From Christensenellaceae bacterium (lineage in GTDB: Bacteria; Bacillota; Clostridia; Christensenellales; CAG-138), in assembly GCA_963675855.1 (NCBI GenBank), contig OY776633.1, positions 2,778,546 through 2,842,545 of the forward strand: DNA of 64,000 nucleotides, given 5' to 3'. Position numbers and translations under genes: made by a program. A model generated the notes under the pieces. It did no database searches and was not told where the DNA came from. It saw only the letters and a program-made list of their open reading frames with translations. Below are positions 10,766 to 18,891 of the stretch, piece by piece (the first letter of the stretch is position 1; each line of letters opens with the position of its first letter).

Positions 10766-11019
10766 CCATGCTACCCCCGGGTACTACGCTACAATGTCAT
10801 CATACCATCATTTTTCAACAAAGTGAACAGGTATCTGGCCGATTAGTCGCGTTGCTTCCCGATTTTACATACGGCTGACGGTTGATCTTTCGCTTATCCG
10901 GAACGAAATTTCAAATGAAAGCGCATACCGCCGTTTTTGCTTTCGCGCGTTTCATTTACCTCACCATGAAAAAATCGCAACGCGCAGCTTCCGCTTTTTG
11001 CGCGCCGAATCTTCGGTTG

Positions 11020-11028
11020 TGGTATAAT
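11020..11028 (+). promoter_or_regulatory. extended -10 promoter element (TGgTATAAT) for the AEC transporter gene
   Basis: The exact sequence tggtataat lies 59 nt upstream of the ATG at 11087. Confidence 0.4.
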
Positions 11029-11086
11029 GCTAGCTATATCGCGCTTCGCTCCGTCGGGCGCAGACTGAACGATCCGGAGTTCATGC

Positions 11087-12025
11087 ATGGAAAACCTGCT
11101 TCTATCCTTCAACGTCGTCGCTCCGCTGATGGTCTATATGCTCGTCGGCGTGCTGCTCAGAAGAACGAGCGTCGTTGAAGAGCGCGTGATGCGCAACGCC
11201 AACAACATCATCTTCTACGTCGCCGTGCCGCTGATGTGTTACCGCGCGATCGCGAAAAGCGACCTCAACGCGATGCTTGAAACGTCTTATCTGCTCTATA
11301 TGACAATCGGTATTTTGATCCTGTTTGTATTGGCCACGCTGTTTGTTCCGGTATTCTGTAAGGACAATCAGCGCAGGGGCGTAATCGCCATGAGCACCTT
11401 CCGCTCGAACGACGCCATATTCGGACTCGCCGTCGCCACGGCGCTGCTTGGGGAGGGTAACCTTGGCCTGATGTCGGTCGCCATCGCCCTTTGCGTGCCG
11501 CTTTACAACCTCCTCTCCGTGATCATCATGGAGCGTTATCGCGGCGAAACGGTGCAGGTCGGCAGGGTGTTGCTTCGAATCGTTACAAACCCGATTATTC
11601 TAGGCTGCGCGGCGGGTTTTGCCGTGAACCTCTTTAAAATTCAGCTGCCCGCCGTGCTGCAAAAGCCAATCGACGGAATCGTCTCGATGACCACGCCGCT
11701 TGCGTTTATACTGCTCGGCGGAACCATTTCGTTTTCCGCGCTGCGAAAAAACCGCGCCGCGATCGGGGCCGTTTCCGTGATCCGTCTGCTGGTTGCCCCG
11801 GCCGCTGCCGTCGGCTCGCTGCTGCTGCTCGGCTTCCGCGGCGAATTCATCGTGGTCGCGCTGATCCTCTTCGGCGCGCCTGTCGCGATGGCCACTTTCT
11901 CCATGTCCGTCGCCATGGATGCGGATTCCGAACTGGCGGGAACGCTGGTCGCCGTAACGAGCGTGCTTTCCATCTTCACTATGTTTGTGTTTATCTTTTT
12001 ACTGAAACAATTCGCTTTTATTTAA
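11087..12025 (+). CDS. AEC (auxin efflux carrier) family transporter
   Basis: 312-aa protein with about 10 TM segments. 'MENLLLSFNVVAPLMVYMLVGVLLRR' is a typical AEC/YfdV-like N-terminus. Confidence 0.75.
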   Translation: MENLLLSFNVVAPLMVYMLVGVLLRRTSVVEERVMRNANNIIFYVAVPLMCYRAIAKSDLNAMLETSYLLYMTIGILILFVLATLFVPVFCKDNQRRGVIAMSTFRSNDAIFGLAVATALLGEGNLGLMSVAIALCVPLYNLLSVIIMERYRGETVQVGRVLLRIVTNPIILGCAAGFAVNLFKIQLPAVLQKPIDGIVSMTTPLAFILLGGTISFSALRKNRAAIGAVSVIRLLVAPAAAVGSLLLLGFRGEFIVVALILFGAPVAMATFSMSVAMDADSELAGTLVAVTSVLSIFTMFVFIFLLKQFAFI

Positions 12026-12135
12026 CCTGCTTCACTATGTTTGTGTTTATCTTTTTGCTGAAACAATTCGCTTTTATTTAACCTGCTTCACTATGTTTGT
12101 GTTTATCTCTTTGCTGAAACAATTCGCTTTTATTA
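11975..12135 (+). repeat. 56-bp tandem repeat, about 2.9 copies, duplicating the last 16 codons plus stop of the AEC gene
   Basis: Copies lie at 11975-12030, 12031-12086 and 12087-~12134. The unit is ttcactatgtttgtgtttatctttttactgaaacaattcgcttttatttaacctgc, with 1-2 substitutions per copy. Confidence 0.95.
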
Positions 12136-12163
12136 TCCAGGCGAATCGCGATTGGAGTAACCT

Positions 12164-13375
12164 ATGACAAAACGTTTGTATGATATCGACAGCCATCAGA
12201 CCGAAATGGAAGCCGTGGTTTTATCCTGCGCGCCTGTAAAAGGCGCGTTCGACGTTACGCTCGACCAGACCGTGTTCTTTCCCGAAGGCGGCGGGCAGCC
12301 GTCCGATACGGGCGCGCTCGGAAAGGCGGTTGTTTCCCATGTGCGCGAGGACGACGGCGAAATCTATCACCGTATCGATCAGCCGCTGACCGTAGGATCG
12401 AAGGTCGCCGGCCGTATCGACTGGGCGCGCCGGTTCGATCTCATGCAGCAGCACACGGGCGAGCACCTGCTGTCGTTTTCGTTTTACGAACTGTTCTCCG
12501 CGAGCAACATCGGCTTCCACCTCGCGCTCGACTACGCTACGATCGACTTCGACAAACCGCTCGACGGCGAACAGATCGCCGAGGCGGAACGGCTCGCAAA
12601 CCGCTTTGTCTGGAAGAATCTGCCCGTGTCCACTGTCTTTTACGACGACGAAGAGGCGGTCAAGGACCTTCCGCTGAGAAAACACGCGGACGGGCTGCAG
12701 CCGCCGATCCGCGTCGTCGCCATCGAAGGCGCCGACATGTGCACCTGCTGCGCGCCGCACTGCCGCCGTTCCGGCGAGGTGGGCTGCGTGTTCGTCGCGG
12801 ACGCGTCGAGCTACAAAGGCGGTACGCGCATCACCTTTTACTGCGGGGAGCGCGCGCTGAAGCTGCACCGCTCGCAGCACGAGGACCTCGATGCGATCGC
12901 GCGCCGTTTTTCCTGCCCACGAGAGGACGCGTTCGGCGCGGTCAAGAAGCTATCCGACGACTACGGCGCGCTGAAGAAAAGCGAGCGGGATCTGGCGCGC
13001 GCGCTGAACGGCTATCTCGCGGCGGAACTGCTCGCCGAAGCTTCGCCGGCGGGAAAATACCGCGTGATCGTCCACCGCTATGGCGATATCGACGCCGCGC
13101 GGCTCAAAGACCTCGCGCAGGCCGCGTCCGCGGAAAAGACGCTCGTTCTGCTTCTGAGCGAAACCGGCGGAAGGCTCCTTTACGTGTTATCATCCGGCGC
13201 AGGATTCCCCGCGGACGTCTCCGAATTGATTCCCGCCGTCAACGCCGCGGCAAACGGCAAGGGCGGCGGACGCGGCACGCTCGCGCAGGGCACCGCCCCC
13301 TCCGCAGCGGGCGCGGACGAGACGGCGCAGCAGCTGAAGGAGTACTTCGTCCGGCGGTTGTCCGCGCTGAAATAA
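12164..13375 (+). CDS. alanyl-tRNA editing protein (AlaX-L type, tRNA_SAD + DHHA1-like)
   Basis: The zinc/editing motifs 'HTGEHLLS' (HxxxH) and 'CTCCAPHC' (CxxxH) match the AlaRS editing domain. 403 aa. Confidence 0.8.
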   Translation: MTKRLYDIDSHQTEMEAVVLSCAPVKGAFDVTLDQTVFFPEGGGQPSDTGALGKAVVSHVREDDGEIYHRIDQPLTVGSKVAGRIDWARRFDLMQQHTGEHLLSFSFYELFSASNIGFHLALDYATIDFDKPLDGEQIAEAERLANRFVWKNLPVSTVFYDDEEAVKDLPLRKHADGLQPPIRVVAIEGADMCTCCAPHCRRSGEVGCVFVADASSYKGGTRITFYCGERALKLHRSQHEDLDAIARRFSCPREDAFGAVKKLSDDYGALKKSERDLARALNGYLAAELLAEASPAGKYRVIVHRYGDIDAARLKDLAQAASAEKTLVLLLSETGGRLLYVLSSGAGFPADVSELIPAVNAAANGKGGGRGTLAQGTAPSAAGADETAQQLKEYFVRRLSALK

Positions 13376-13381
13376 CATTAT

Positions 13382-13410
13382 AAAAACGCCCGCAATGCGG
13401 GCGTTTTTTG
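13382..13410. terminator. bidirectional rho-independent terminator
   Basis: aaaa-acgcccgc-aat-gcgggcgt-ttttt, located between the convergent alaX-like gene and the small membrane gene. Confidence 0.8.
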
Positions 13411-13422
13411 TCTGGAAAAAGC

Positions 13423-13614
13423 TTAAATCCCCTTGAACAGTGTACCAAGGAAGAGCAAGCCGTACGCGGCGGTCATAATCCAAAAGTCGTTTGATCTGAC
13501 AAATCCGCCGATGAAAGGAATCCCGACAAACTTGCTCACGATCGCCAGCGCGGCGAGGATCAGCGCGAGCAGCCATACGATGGTTTTCGGTGCGCTCAGT
13601 TTCATTTGAGTCAA
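13423..13614 (-). CDS. small (63 aa) two-TM membrane protein, function unknown
   Basis: Hydrophobic segments 'IVWLLALILAALAIV' and 'FWIMTAAYGLLFLGTLF'. The third-codon positions are coding-like. No family was recognised. Confidence 0.5.
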   Translation of the reverse strand: MTQMKLSAPKTIVWLLALILAALAIVSKFVGIPFIGGFVRSNDFWIMTAAYGLLFLGTLFKGI

Positions 13615-13736
13615 CTCCTTTTTTGTTTTATGCTACCACATTTCAACTCCTGGAAAAGTAGTTTTGTCACAGAGTACTTTTCCTGGTGAATGCGTGCAAA
13701 AACGGTCGCCTCGTTAAAGACGACCGTTTTTTGCCT

Positions 13737-14861
13737 TTACAGGTCTTTCACGAAACAGCGGCGGCGTTTGTGCTGCACGCCTTTGAACCGGTCCCACTGC
13801 GCGAGGATGTTGTCGTTGATCTCCAGCATCGGTCCGGTCTCGGCGTACTTCACGCCGTGCTTGATGAGCTTGTGCTGCATGTCGTTGAGTACGACGGCGT
13901 TGACGCCCTGGCCCTGCAGGTCGGGGCGCACCGCGATGAGCAGCAGATCGACCGTGTCGTTCTTCCCTTTGAGCGCCTTGAGTAGATGGATCCATCCGAA
14001 TGGAACCGTTTTACCTTTCATCTTCTGCATGGCTTTGTCCAGGCGGGGGCAGCAGATGCCAAACGCGACCATCTCCCCCTCCTCCGTGTAGACAAACGAA
14101 GTGGTGCGCTTGCTGACCATGGGCCGGAACTCGCCGACGTATTTCTCGATCTGCGCCGGGGTCAGCGGAATCATGCCGAAGAGTGTGTACGCGTCGTTGT
14201 AGAGCTTGAACATGTCGTTGATGAGTTCTTTCAACGGTTTATCGCCCATGTTTACGACATGAAGCTTCTTGCGTTTTTTCACATACTCCGCCACGCGTAC
14301 AAGCGAGTCGATGGGCTCCGTCGGCAGCGTCAGGCGCATCTCCAGCCAGTCGACCTGTTTGCCGTAACCGCGCCGCGCCAGATGCTCAGGGTAGTATGGA
14401 TGGTTATAGTAGGTGTGAAAAAGGCTTAATTGATCAAATCCCTCGATCAGCATGCCCTCGCGGTCCATGTCCGAAAACCCGAGCGGGCCGTGCATCGCCT
14501 CGCAGCCGAGTTCCCGCGCCCAAGACTCCACCGTGTCAAACAGCGCGTCCACAACTTCGTCGTCATCGATAAAATCGACCTGCGTGAAGCACATATACTT
14601 CTTGCCGAATGTTGCGTTCGCACGGCTGTTGAATATCCCCTGAATCCTGCCTACGATTTCTCCACCCCGGCAGGCGAGAAACGCTTTGGACTGGCAAAAC
14701 TCGAATGCCGGATTTTTATCCTTTTGCATGTCGGCCACCTGGCTCGAAAGTATGTCCGGCACATAGTAAGGATTTCCCTTGTAGAGCTTAAGCGGGAACT
14801 CCATGAACTTGACCAAGTCCCTCTTGGTCACGGCCTCTTTGATCGTTACCACCAATTCCAT
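13737..14861 (-). CDS. GNAT-type N-acetyltransferase family protein (large, two-lobed)
   Basis: 374 aa. 'IVGRIQGI..' and 'LLIAVRPDLQGQGVNAVVL' form an acetyl-CoA binding Q/RxxGxG/A-like motif. A hairpin terminator follows downstream at 13700-13733. Confidence 0.5.
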   Translation of the reverse strand: MELVVTIKEAVTKRDLVKFMEFPLKLYKGNPYYVPDILSSQVADMQKDKNPAFEFCQSKAFLACRGGEIVGRIQGIFNSRANATFGKKYMCFTQVDFIDDDEVVDALFDTVESWARELGCEAMHGPLGFSDMDREGMLIEGFDQLSLFHTYYNHPYYPEHLARRGYGKQVDWLEMRLTLPTEPIDSLVRVAEYVKKRKKLHVVNMGDKPLKELINDMFKLYNDAYTLFGMIPLTPAQIEKYVGEFRPMVSKRTTSFVYTEEGEMVAFGICCPRLDKAMQKMKGKTVPFGWIHLLKALKGKNDTVDLLLIAVRPDLQGQGVNAVVLNDMQHKLIKHGVKYAETGPMLEINDNILAQWDRFKGVQHKRRRCFVKDL

Positions 14862-14878
14862 CCCCCTGTTCTGAATCG

Positions 14879-15874
14879 TTATTCTTTTTTCTTTACGGTG
14901 ACCTCCGGTTCGATCCCCTGCATCTGCTGCGCCCTGAGCGCAGCCGCTTTTTTACGCTTGTTTTTCTTATGCAGGATAATCGGCAGCCCGATGGCAAGGA
15001 ACAGCACGCCTGCCGGAATCGCTGCTACGGCGAGGAAAATACCGATCGCGCCAATCGCGTTTACGACGAAGCGCGCGCTGTTGGAAAACCCGCGGGACAT
15101 CTTATCCCATACGTCAGAAGCTTTCCACAGCTGGATGAGGTCTTTTTCGCCTTCGACCGCCGTCAGCGGCGTGCGGTCAATGGTGACGTTGAGCGTGGCG
15201 TAGGCCACGAGGTTGTCCCAGAGGTTCATCTGAGCGGTATAGCTCTCGATATCCGAGCGCACGCTCGTCAGGCTCTGGCGAACGGCGAGAATTTCCTCCA
15301 CCGTTTCGCATCTATTGAGGATTTCCAGCAGCTGCTGTTCTTCCGCCTTGGCGTTGTCGAGCCGCGCCTGCATGTCGTAATACGACAGCGAGATATCGTC
15401 CGAGCTCAGGCGGTAGTCGTCCACTTTGCCAAGTTCGTTTGCCGCGGTAATGAGTTCCTCAAGTTTGTCCGCCGGCACTTTGATCGTGGCGGTCGCGTAG
15501 GTTGTGCCTTTTTCGTCCGTTGTCGAATAGGAACCGGATACGTATCCGCCAAGCGCTTTCGCCTTGGCTAAAAGCGTATCCAGCGAAGCGGCGGGATCGT
15601 CCGCGGTGATGCTCATGTTCGCCGTGTATATGATTTTTCGAACATCGAAATCGCCCGTGGTTTCCGTGGCGGAATTGGATGCGGAATCCATTACGGCGTC
15701 CTCCGCCTGCGGGGCATAGGCGGCTTCTTCATAAGCCATTTCCGTCTCATAGGCGCCGCCTTCCGCTTTGTCATAAGACGCGGTGCTCGATACGGCGTTT
15801 TTGGCCGCGCAGCCGATGGTAAATAGCATCATCACAGCGAGAGTGAGCGCAATCAGGATGCGTTTTTTATTCAT
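14879..15874 (-). CDS. DUF4349 domain lipoprotein
   Basis: Lipoprotein signal 'LAVMMLFTIGC', a central coiled-coil region 'YYDMQARLDNAKAEEQQLLEIL', and a C-terminal TM with a KKNKRKK anchor. I moved the start to 15874, behind an AGGGAGAAAG RBS. Confidence 0.65.
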   Translation of the reverse strand: MNKKRILIALTLAVMMLFTIGCAAKNAVSSTASYDKAEGGAYETEMAYEEAAYAPQAEDAVMDSASNSATETTGDFDVRKIIYTANMSITADDPAASLDTLLAKAKALGGYVSGSYSTTDEKGTTYATATIKVPADKLEELITAANELGKVDDYRLSSDDISLSYYDMQARLDNAKAEEQQLLEILNRCETVEEILAVRQSLTSVRSDIESYTAQMNLWDNLVAYATLNVTIDRTPLTAVEGEKDLIQLWKASDVWDKMSRGFSNSARFVVNAIGAIGIFLAVAAIPAGVLFLAIGLPIILHKKNKRKKAAALRAQQMQGIEPEVTVKKKE

Positions 15875-16131
15875 ATCTTTCTCCCTTTCTGATTCGTTCG
15901 TTTGTTCTTGCCCCCGCTCAAACACAGGCGGGCGCCGGTGAAAAACTCACCGTGCTTTCATATAGAACACTGCGCTTCCCCGCAAATGGTTGCATGTTTT
16001 AATATCAAACGCGAATTTTCGCAGAAACCCGCGCGTATCTAACCGGCGCGCCTAAGAAATATTGAATATAGAATACCATCTTTTCCCCGAAAAAACAGCT
16101 GCCCGCGTTTTTTTACGGATTCAGGCGCTTG

Positions 16132-16944
16132 TCAACCGGCGGGTGCTTCCATTGTTTCGGATGGTATCTCCGCCGCCGTATCGAAGGACGCGTACGCCGC
16201 ATCGTCTTCGACGATCCTGCAGCTCACGAGCAGGCGCCCGTCCCCGCCGTCCGGGAGCACCACGCAGAAGGAAACGATCCGGTCGCTGGACGAAAGATTC
16301 ATATTGCTGAAAAACGCGGACGTTTCGTGCAGGTCGTCGATGAACGATAAAAACGAAGCTTCGGTCGAAAACGCGATCGGTATCGCGCCGCGCGTGCCCT
16401 CCATGCGGGAGCATGCGAACACCGCCAGCGTGAGCCGGCGACCGTCCGGCAAATCGAGCAGGATCTGCGGGTGCCGCGAATAGTAGTTCGGATTTTCGTA
16501 TTCCCAGAGGAAGCCGAGCATCGCGCCGCTCTTGAGCGCGTGACCGTAGATCACGGTATGGCGGTCCGAAAAATCGCCCGCGTTGCCCGTGTCGATAAAC
16601 GGCGTGCCCAGTTTGTTCTTTTTTTCGTCGAAAAGGTGGTTCAGATAAAACGCGTTGTCCGTCGTTTTAACCACCGGCAGGCTGATCGCCGCGTCGTCCA
16701 TACGCACCCAGGCGCAGATTTCGGGGTTGATCTCGGCCAGCGCGGCGAAATCCACCGCGTCCGCGGGGACTGTTTTTTCCGCAAGCGCCGCATAGTAATG
16801 GTTGCCGACGGTCGTACCCATCAGCATATACGAAAGCCGGCCGACCCCGTACAGCGCCGCGAGCACAATCAGCCCGAAGAATACGTACAGTACGGCCGTA
16901 ATGATATCCGCTTTTGATCTGGGTCTGCGTTTTCTCCGCTTCAT
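16132..16944 (-). CDS. srtB: class B sortase
   Basis: N-terminal TM anchor, 'HTVIYGH' motif, and a later catalytic-Cys context 'IVSFC'. I moved the start to the ATG at 16944 (MKRRKRRPRSK..). The ORF-track 5' extension crosses the ackA terminator. Confidence 0.7.
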   Translation of the reverse strand: MKRRKRRPRSKADIITAVLYVFFGLIVLAALYGVGRLSYMLMGTTVGNHYYAALAEKTVPADAVDFAALAEINPEICAWVRMDDAAISLPVVKTTDNAFYLNHLFDEKKNKLGTPFIDTGNAGDFSDRHTVIYGHALKSGAMLGFLWEYENPNYYSRHPQILLDLPDGRRLTLAVFACSRMEGTRGAIPIAFSTEASFLSFIDDLHETSAFFSNMNLSSSDRIVSFCVVLPDGGDGRLLVSCRIVEDDAAYASFDTAAEIPSETMEAPAG

Positions 16945-17032
16945 AAGCGCAGTATAAACCAAACGCGTTCGCTTTGCAACGCGTATGCATACCGTGCTTG
17001 TTCTATGCACCTTCTTCAGCGGATAAAAACGC

Positions 17033-17059
17033 AAAAAAAGCCTTGGATCCAAGGCTTTT
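17033..17059 (-). terminator. rho-independent terminator downstream of ackA
   Basis: Perfect palindrome gccttggatccaaggc (17040-17055), followed on the minus strand by a T-run (complement of 17033-17039). Confidence 0.75.
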
Positions 17060-17135
17060 CGCTGTTTATACACGATCGTGAAGAATCTGTGAATCCTGCA
17101 TCATTCAGTATTTTCAGCATTTTTACAGGCGCGCT

Positions 17136-18326
17136 TCACCCCGCGCGGTTTTCGAGAAACGCCTTTGCCTTTCTCGCGACGACGATCTCCTCGTTCGTTG
17201 CGATAACGAAGATGCGCACCCTGCCGTTCACGCCGGTGAGTTCGCAGTCCGGCTTTGCGGTCTCGTTTTTTGCTTCATCGAGCACGGCGCCCATAAAGCC
17301 CAAGCCTTCGAGCGCCTTTCTACGCGTAAGCGGGCTCCGTTCGCCGATGCCGCCCGCGAACGAGATCGCGTCCACGCCGCCCATCGCCGCGGCGTACGCG
17401 CCGATCTGCTTTCTGATCTGGTAGCAGAAGCTTTCGACGGCGTTTTTCGCGTCCTTGTTCCCTTCTTCGGCTGCCAACTCGACGTCCCGCATATCGTTGG
17501 AGACGCCGCTCATGCCCAGAAAACCGCTTTCGCGGTTGAGCATGTTTTCGATTTGCTCGAGCGTATAGCCGCAGTCCTTCATCAGGTAAATCGGAATATA
17601 TGGATCGATGTCCCCGCAGCGGTTGTTGTGCATGACGCCGCACTGGAGCGAGAAACCCAGATTCGTGTCGACGGACGTTCCGTTCACCACCGCGCAGAGC
17701 GAGCCGCTGCCGCCGAGGTGGCAGGAGATGAGCTTGAAGTCCCTTCTCCCCATGAATTCGGCGGTGCGATAAGAGACGTATTCGTGCGACGCGCCGTGGA
17801 ACCCGTACCGGCGGATGGCGTACTTCCGCGACACCTCGATCGGAATCGAATAAAGGTACGCCTCCGGTGGCATGTTCTTATGAAACCCCGTTTCAAACGA
17901 GCCCACGAGCGGAGTGTCCGGCAGGATCTCCTGAAACTGCCTGATGGCCGCGATATACGGCGGGTTGTGGCTCGGGGCGACGGTATTGAACGCCGCCATG
18001 GCGGAAAGCACCGGTTCGTCGAGCAGCTGCACGCCCGTTACGCCTTTTGCGTGCACCACCTTGAACGCCACGCAGTCGAGTTCCTCCATCGCGCCGAGCG
18101 AACGCGCCAGCAGCGCGCCCTGCATGAGCCGTATGCCGCTCGCATAATCAGGGATCGAAACGGTCTGCTTCTGCGCCTCGCCGCCCGCGTCTTGATGCGT
18201 CCACGCGCCCGCCTGCGCGCCGACGCGCTCCATCTTCCCCTCGGCGAGCGTCCGCTCCGATTCTTTCAGGTCGAAGAGCCGGTATTTCAGCGACGTGCTG
18301 CCGACGTTGCAGACGAGGATTTTCAT
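17136..18326 (-). CDS. ackA: acetate kinase
   Basis: 'MKILVCNVGSTSLKYRLFD', 'GFHGASHEY' and 'FAGGIGERS' are acetate/propionate kinase signatures. The start at 18326 sits behind AAGGAG. Confidence 0.85.
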   Translation of the reverse strand: MKILVCNVGSTSLKYRLFDLKESERTLAEGKMERVGAQAGAWTHQDAGGEAQKQTVSIPDYASGIRLMQGALLARSLGAMEELDCVAFKVVHAKGVTGVQLLDEPVLSAMAAFNTVAPSHNPPYIAAIRQFQEILPDTPLVGSFETGFHKNMPPEAYLYSIPIEVSRKYAIRRYGFHGASHEYVSYRTAEFMGRRDFKLISCHLGGSGSLCAVVNGTSVDTNLGFSLQCGVMHNNRCGDIDPYIPIYLMKDCGYTLEQIENMLNRESGFLGMSGVSNDMRDVELAAEEGNKDAKNAVESFCYQIRKQIGAYAAAMGGVDAISFAGGIGERSPLTRRKALEGLGFMGAVLDEAKNETAKPDCELTGVNGRVRIFVIATNEEIVVARKAKAFLENRAG

Positions 18327-18372
18327 GCAGTATGCTCCTTTTTCACATCCGTTTGCGACGATATGCGCGCCG

Positions 18373-18891
18373 CTATACGCGCACGATATAGTCCGCTTTG
18401 CGCGGCGCGGGTTCGGGATACGCCCCGTCGACATAGCCAAGCGCGACGTGGCCGACGCCGGCGTAATTGCCTTCGACGCCCCATTTCTTCAGCAGCGCTT
18501 TGCCTTCGTCGCTTTCAAACTCCTCTTTCGCGCGGTGGATCCAGCAGGAGCCGAGGCCAAGCGCGTGCGCCGCGTTGAGCAGCGTGGTCATCACCGCCGC
18601 ACCGTCGAGCATATACGTCGGGCGCGACTGGTCGGCGAGCACAACGAGCACGGTCGGCGCGCCGTAGAAGGGGTCGTCCGGATTGCCGTTGACCGCCGCG
18701 TTCATGCGGGAGAGCTGCTTTACCGTATCGGGATACTGCACGGCGACGATGACGGGCGACTGCCGTCCGCTCGCAGTAGGGGCGTATGTTCCCGCCTCTA
18801 GCACCTGATCCAGCAAAGCCTGTTCAACCTGTTCGGGTTTATATGCGCGTACGCAGCGGCGCGTTTTTAAGTTGTTCAGCGTTTCGTTCAT
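18373..18891 (-). CDS. nitroreductase family protein
   Basis: 'LKTRRCVRAYKPEQV..AGTYAPTASGRQSP' is a typical nitroreductase N-terminus. The start overlaps the GH20 gene stop (ATGA). Confidence 0.8.
   Translation of the reverse strand: MNETLNNLKTRRCVRAYKPEQVEQALLDQVLEAGTYAPTASGRQSPVIVAVQYPDTVKQLSRMNAAVNGNPDDPFYGAPTVLVVLADQSRPTYMLDGAAVMTTLLNAAHALGLGSCWIHRAKEEFESDEGKALLKKWGVEGNYAGVGHVALGYVDGAYPEPAPRKADYIVRV

Noticed and set aside
8903-10846. Very long ORFs antisense to recognised genes. Examples: 8903-10846 (+, 647 aa) opposite glgB, 41836-44463 (+, 875 aa) opposite the PQQ-repeat gene, 5366-6835 (+) opposite glgA, 19803-21086 (+) opposite the GH20 gene, 45540-46511 (-) opposite the helicase, and 37021-38184 (-) opposite the MATE gene.
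   Set aside because: These are typical high-GC shadow ORFs. Their translations are Arg/Ala/His/Pro-rich with no motifs, and each is fully overlapped by a gene with clear family signatures and proper third-position GC bias.
11975-12135. Possible CRISPR array.
   Set aside because: The 56-bp units are directly adjacent with no spacers, and they are copies of the AEC gene 3' end. No CRISPR-like repeat/spacer structure or cas genes were seen anywhere in the window.
12026-12163. T-box or other leader RNA upstream of the alaX-like gene.
   Set aside because: The spacer is only ~140 nt and is almost entirely the 56-bp repeat. There is no specifier-loop or T-box sequence.
14879-16944. Sortase B with a neighbouring substrate (the DUF4349 lipoprotein).
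   Set aside because: The DUF4349 protein ends in a TM plus a basic tail, but no NPxTG/LPxTG-like sorting motif precedes it. No sortase substrate could be identified in the window.
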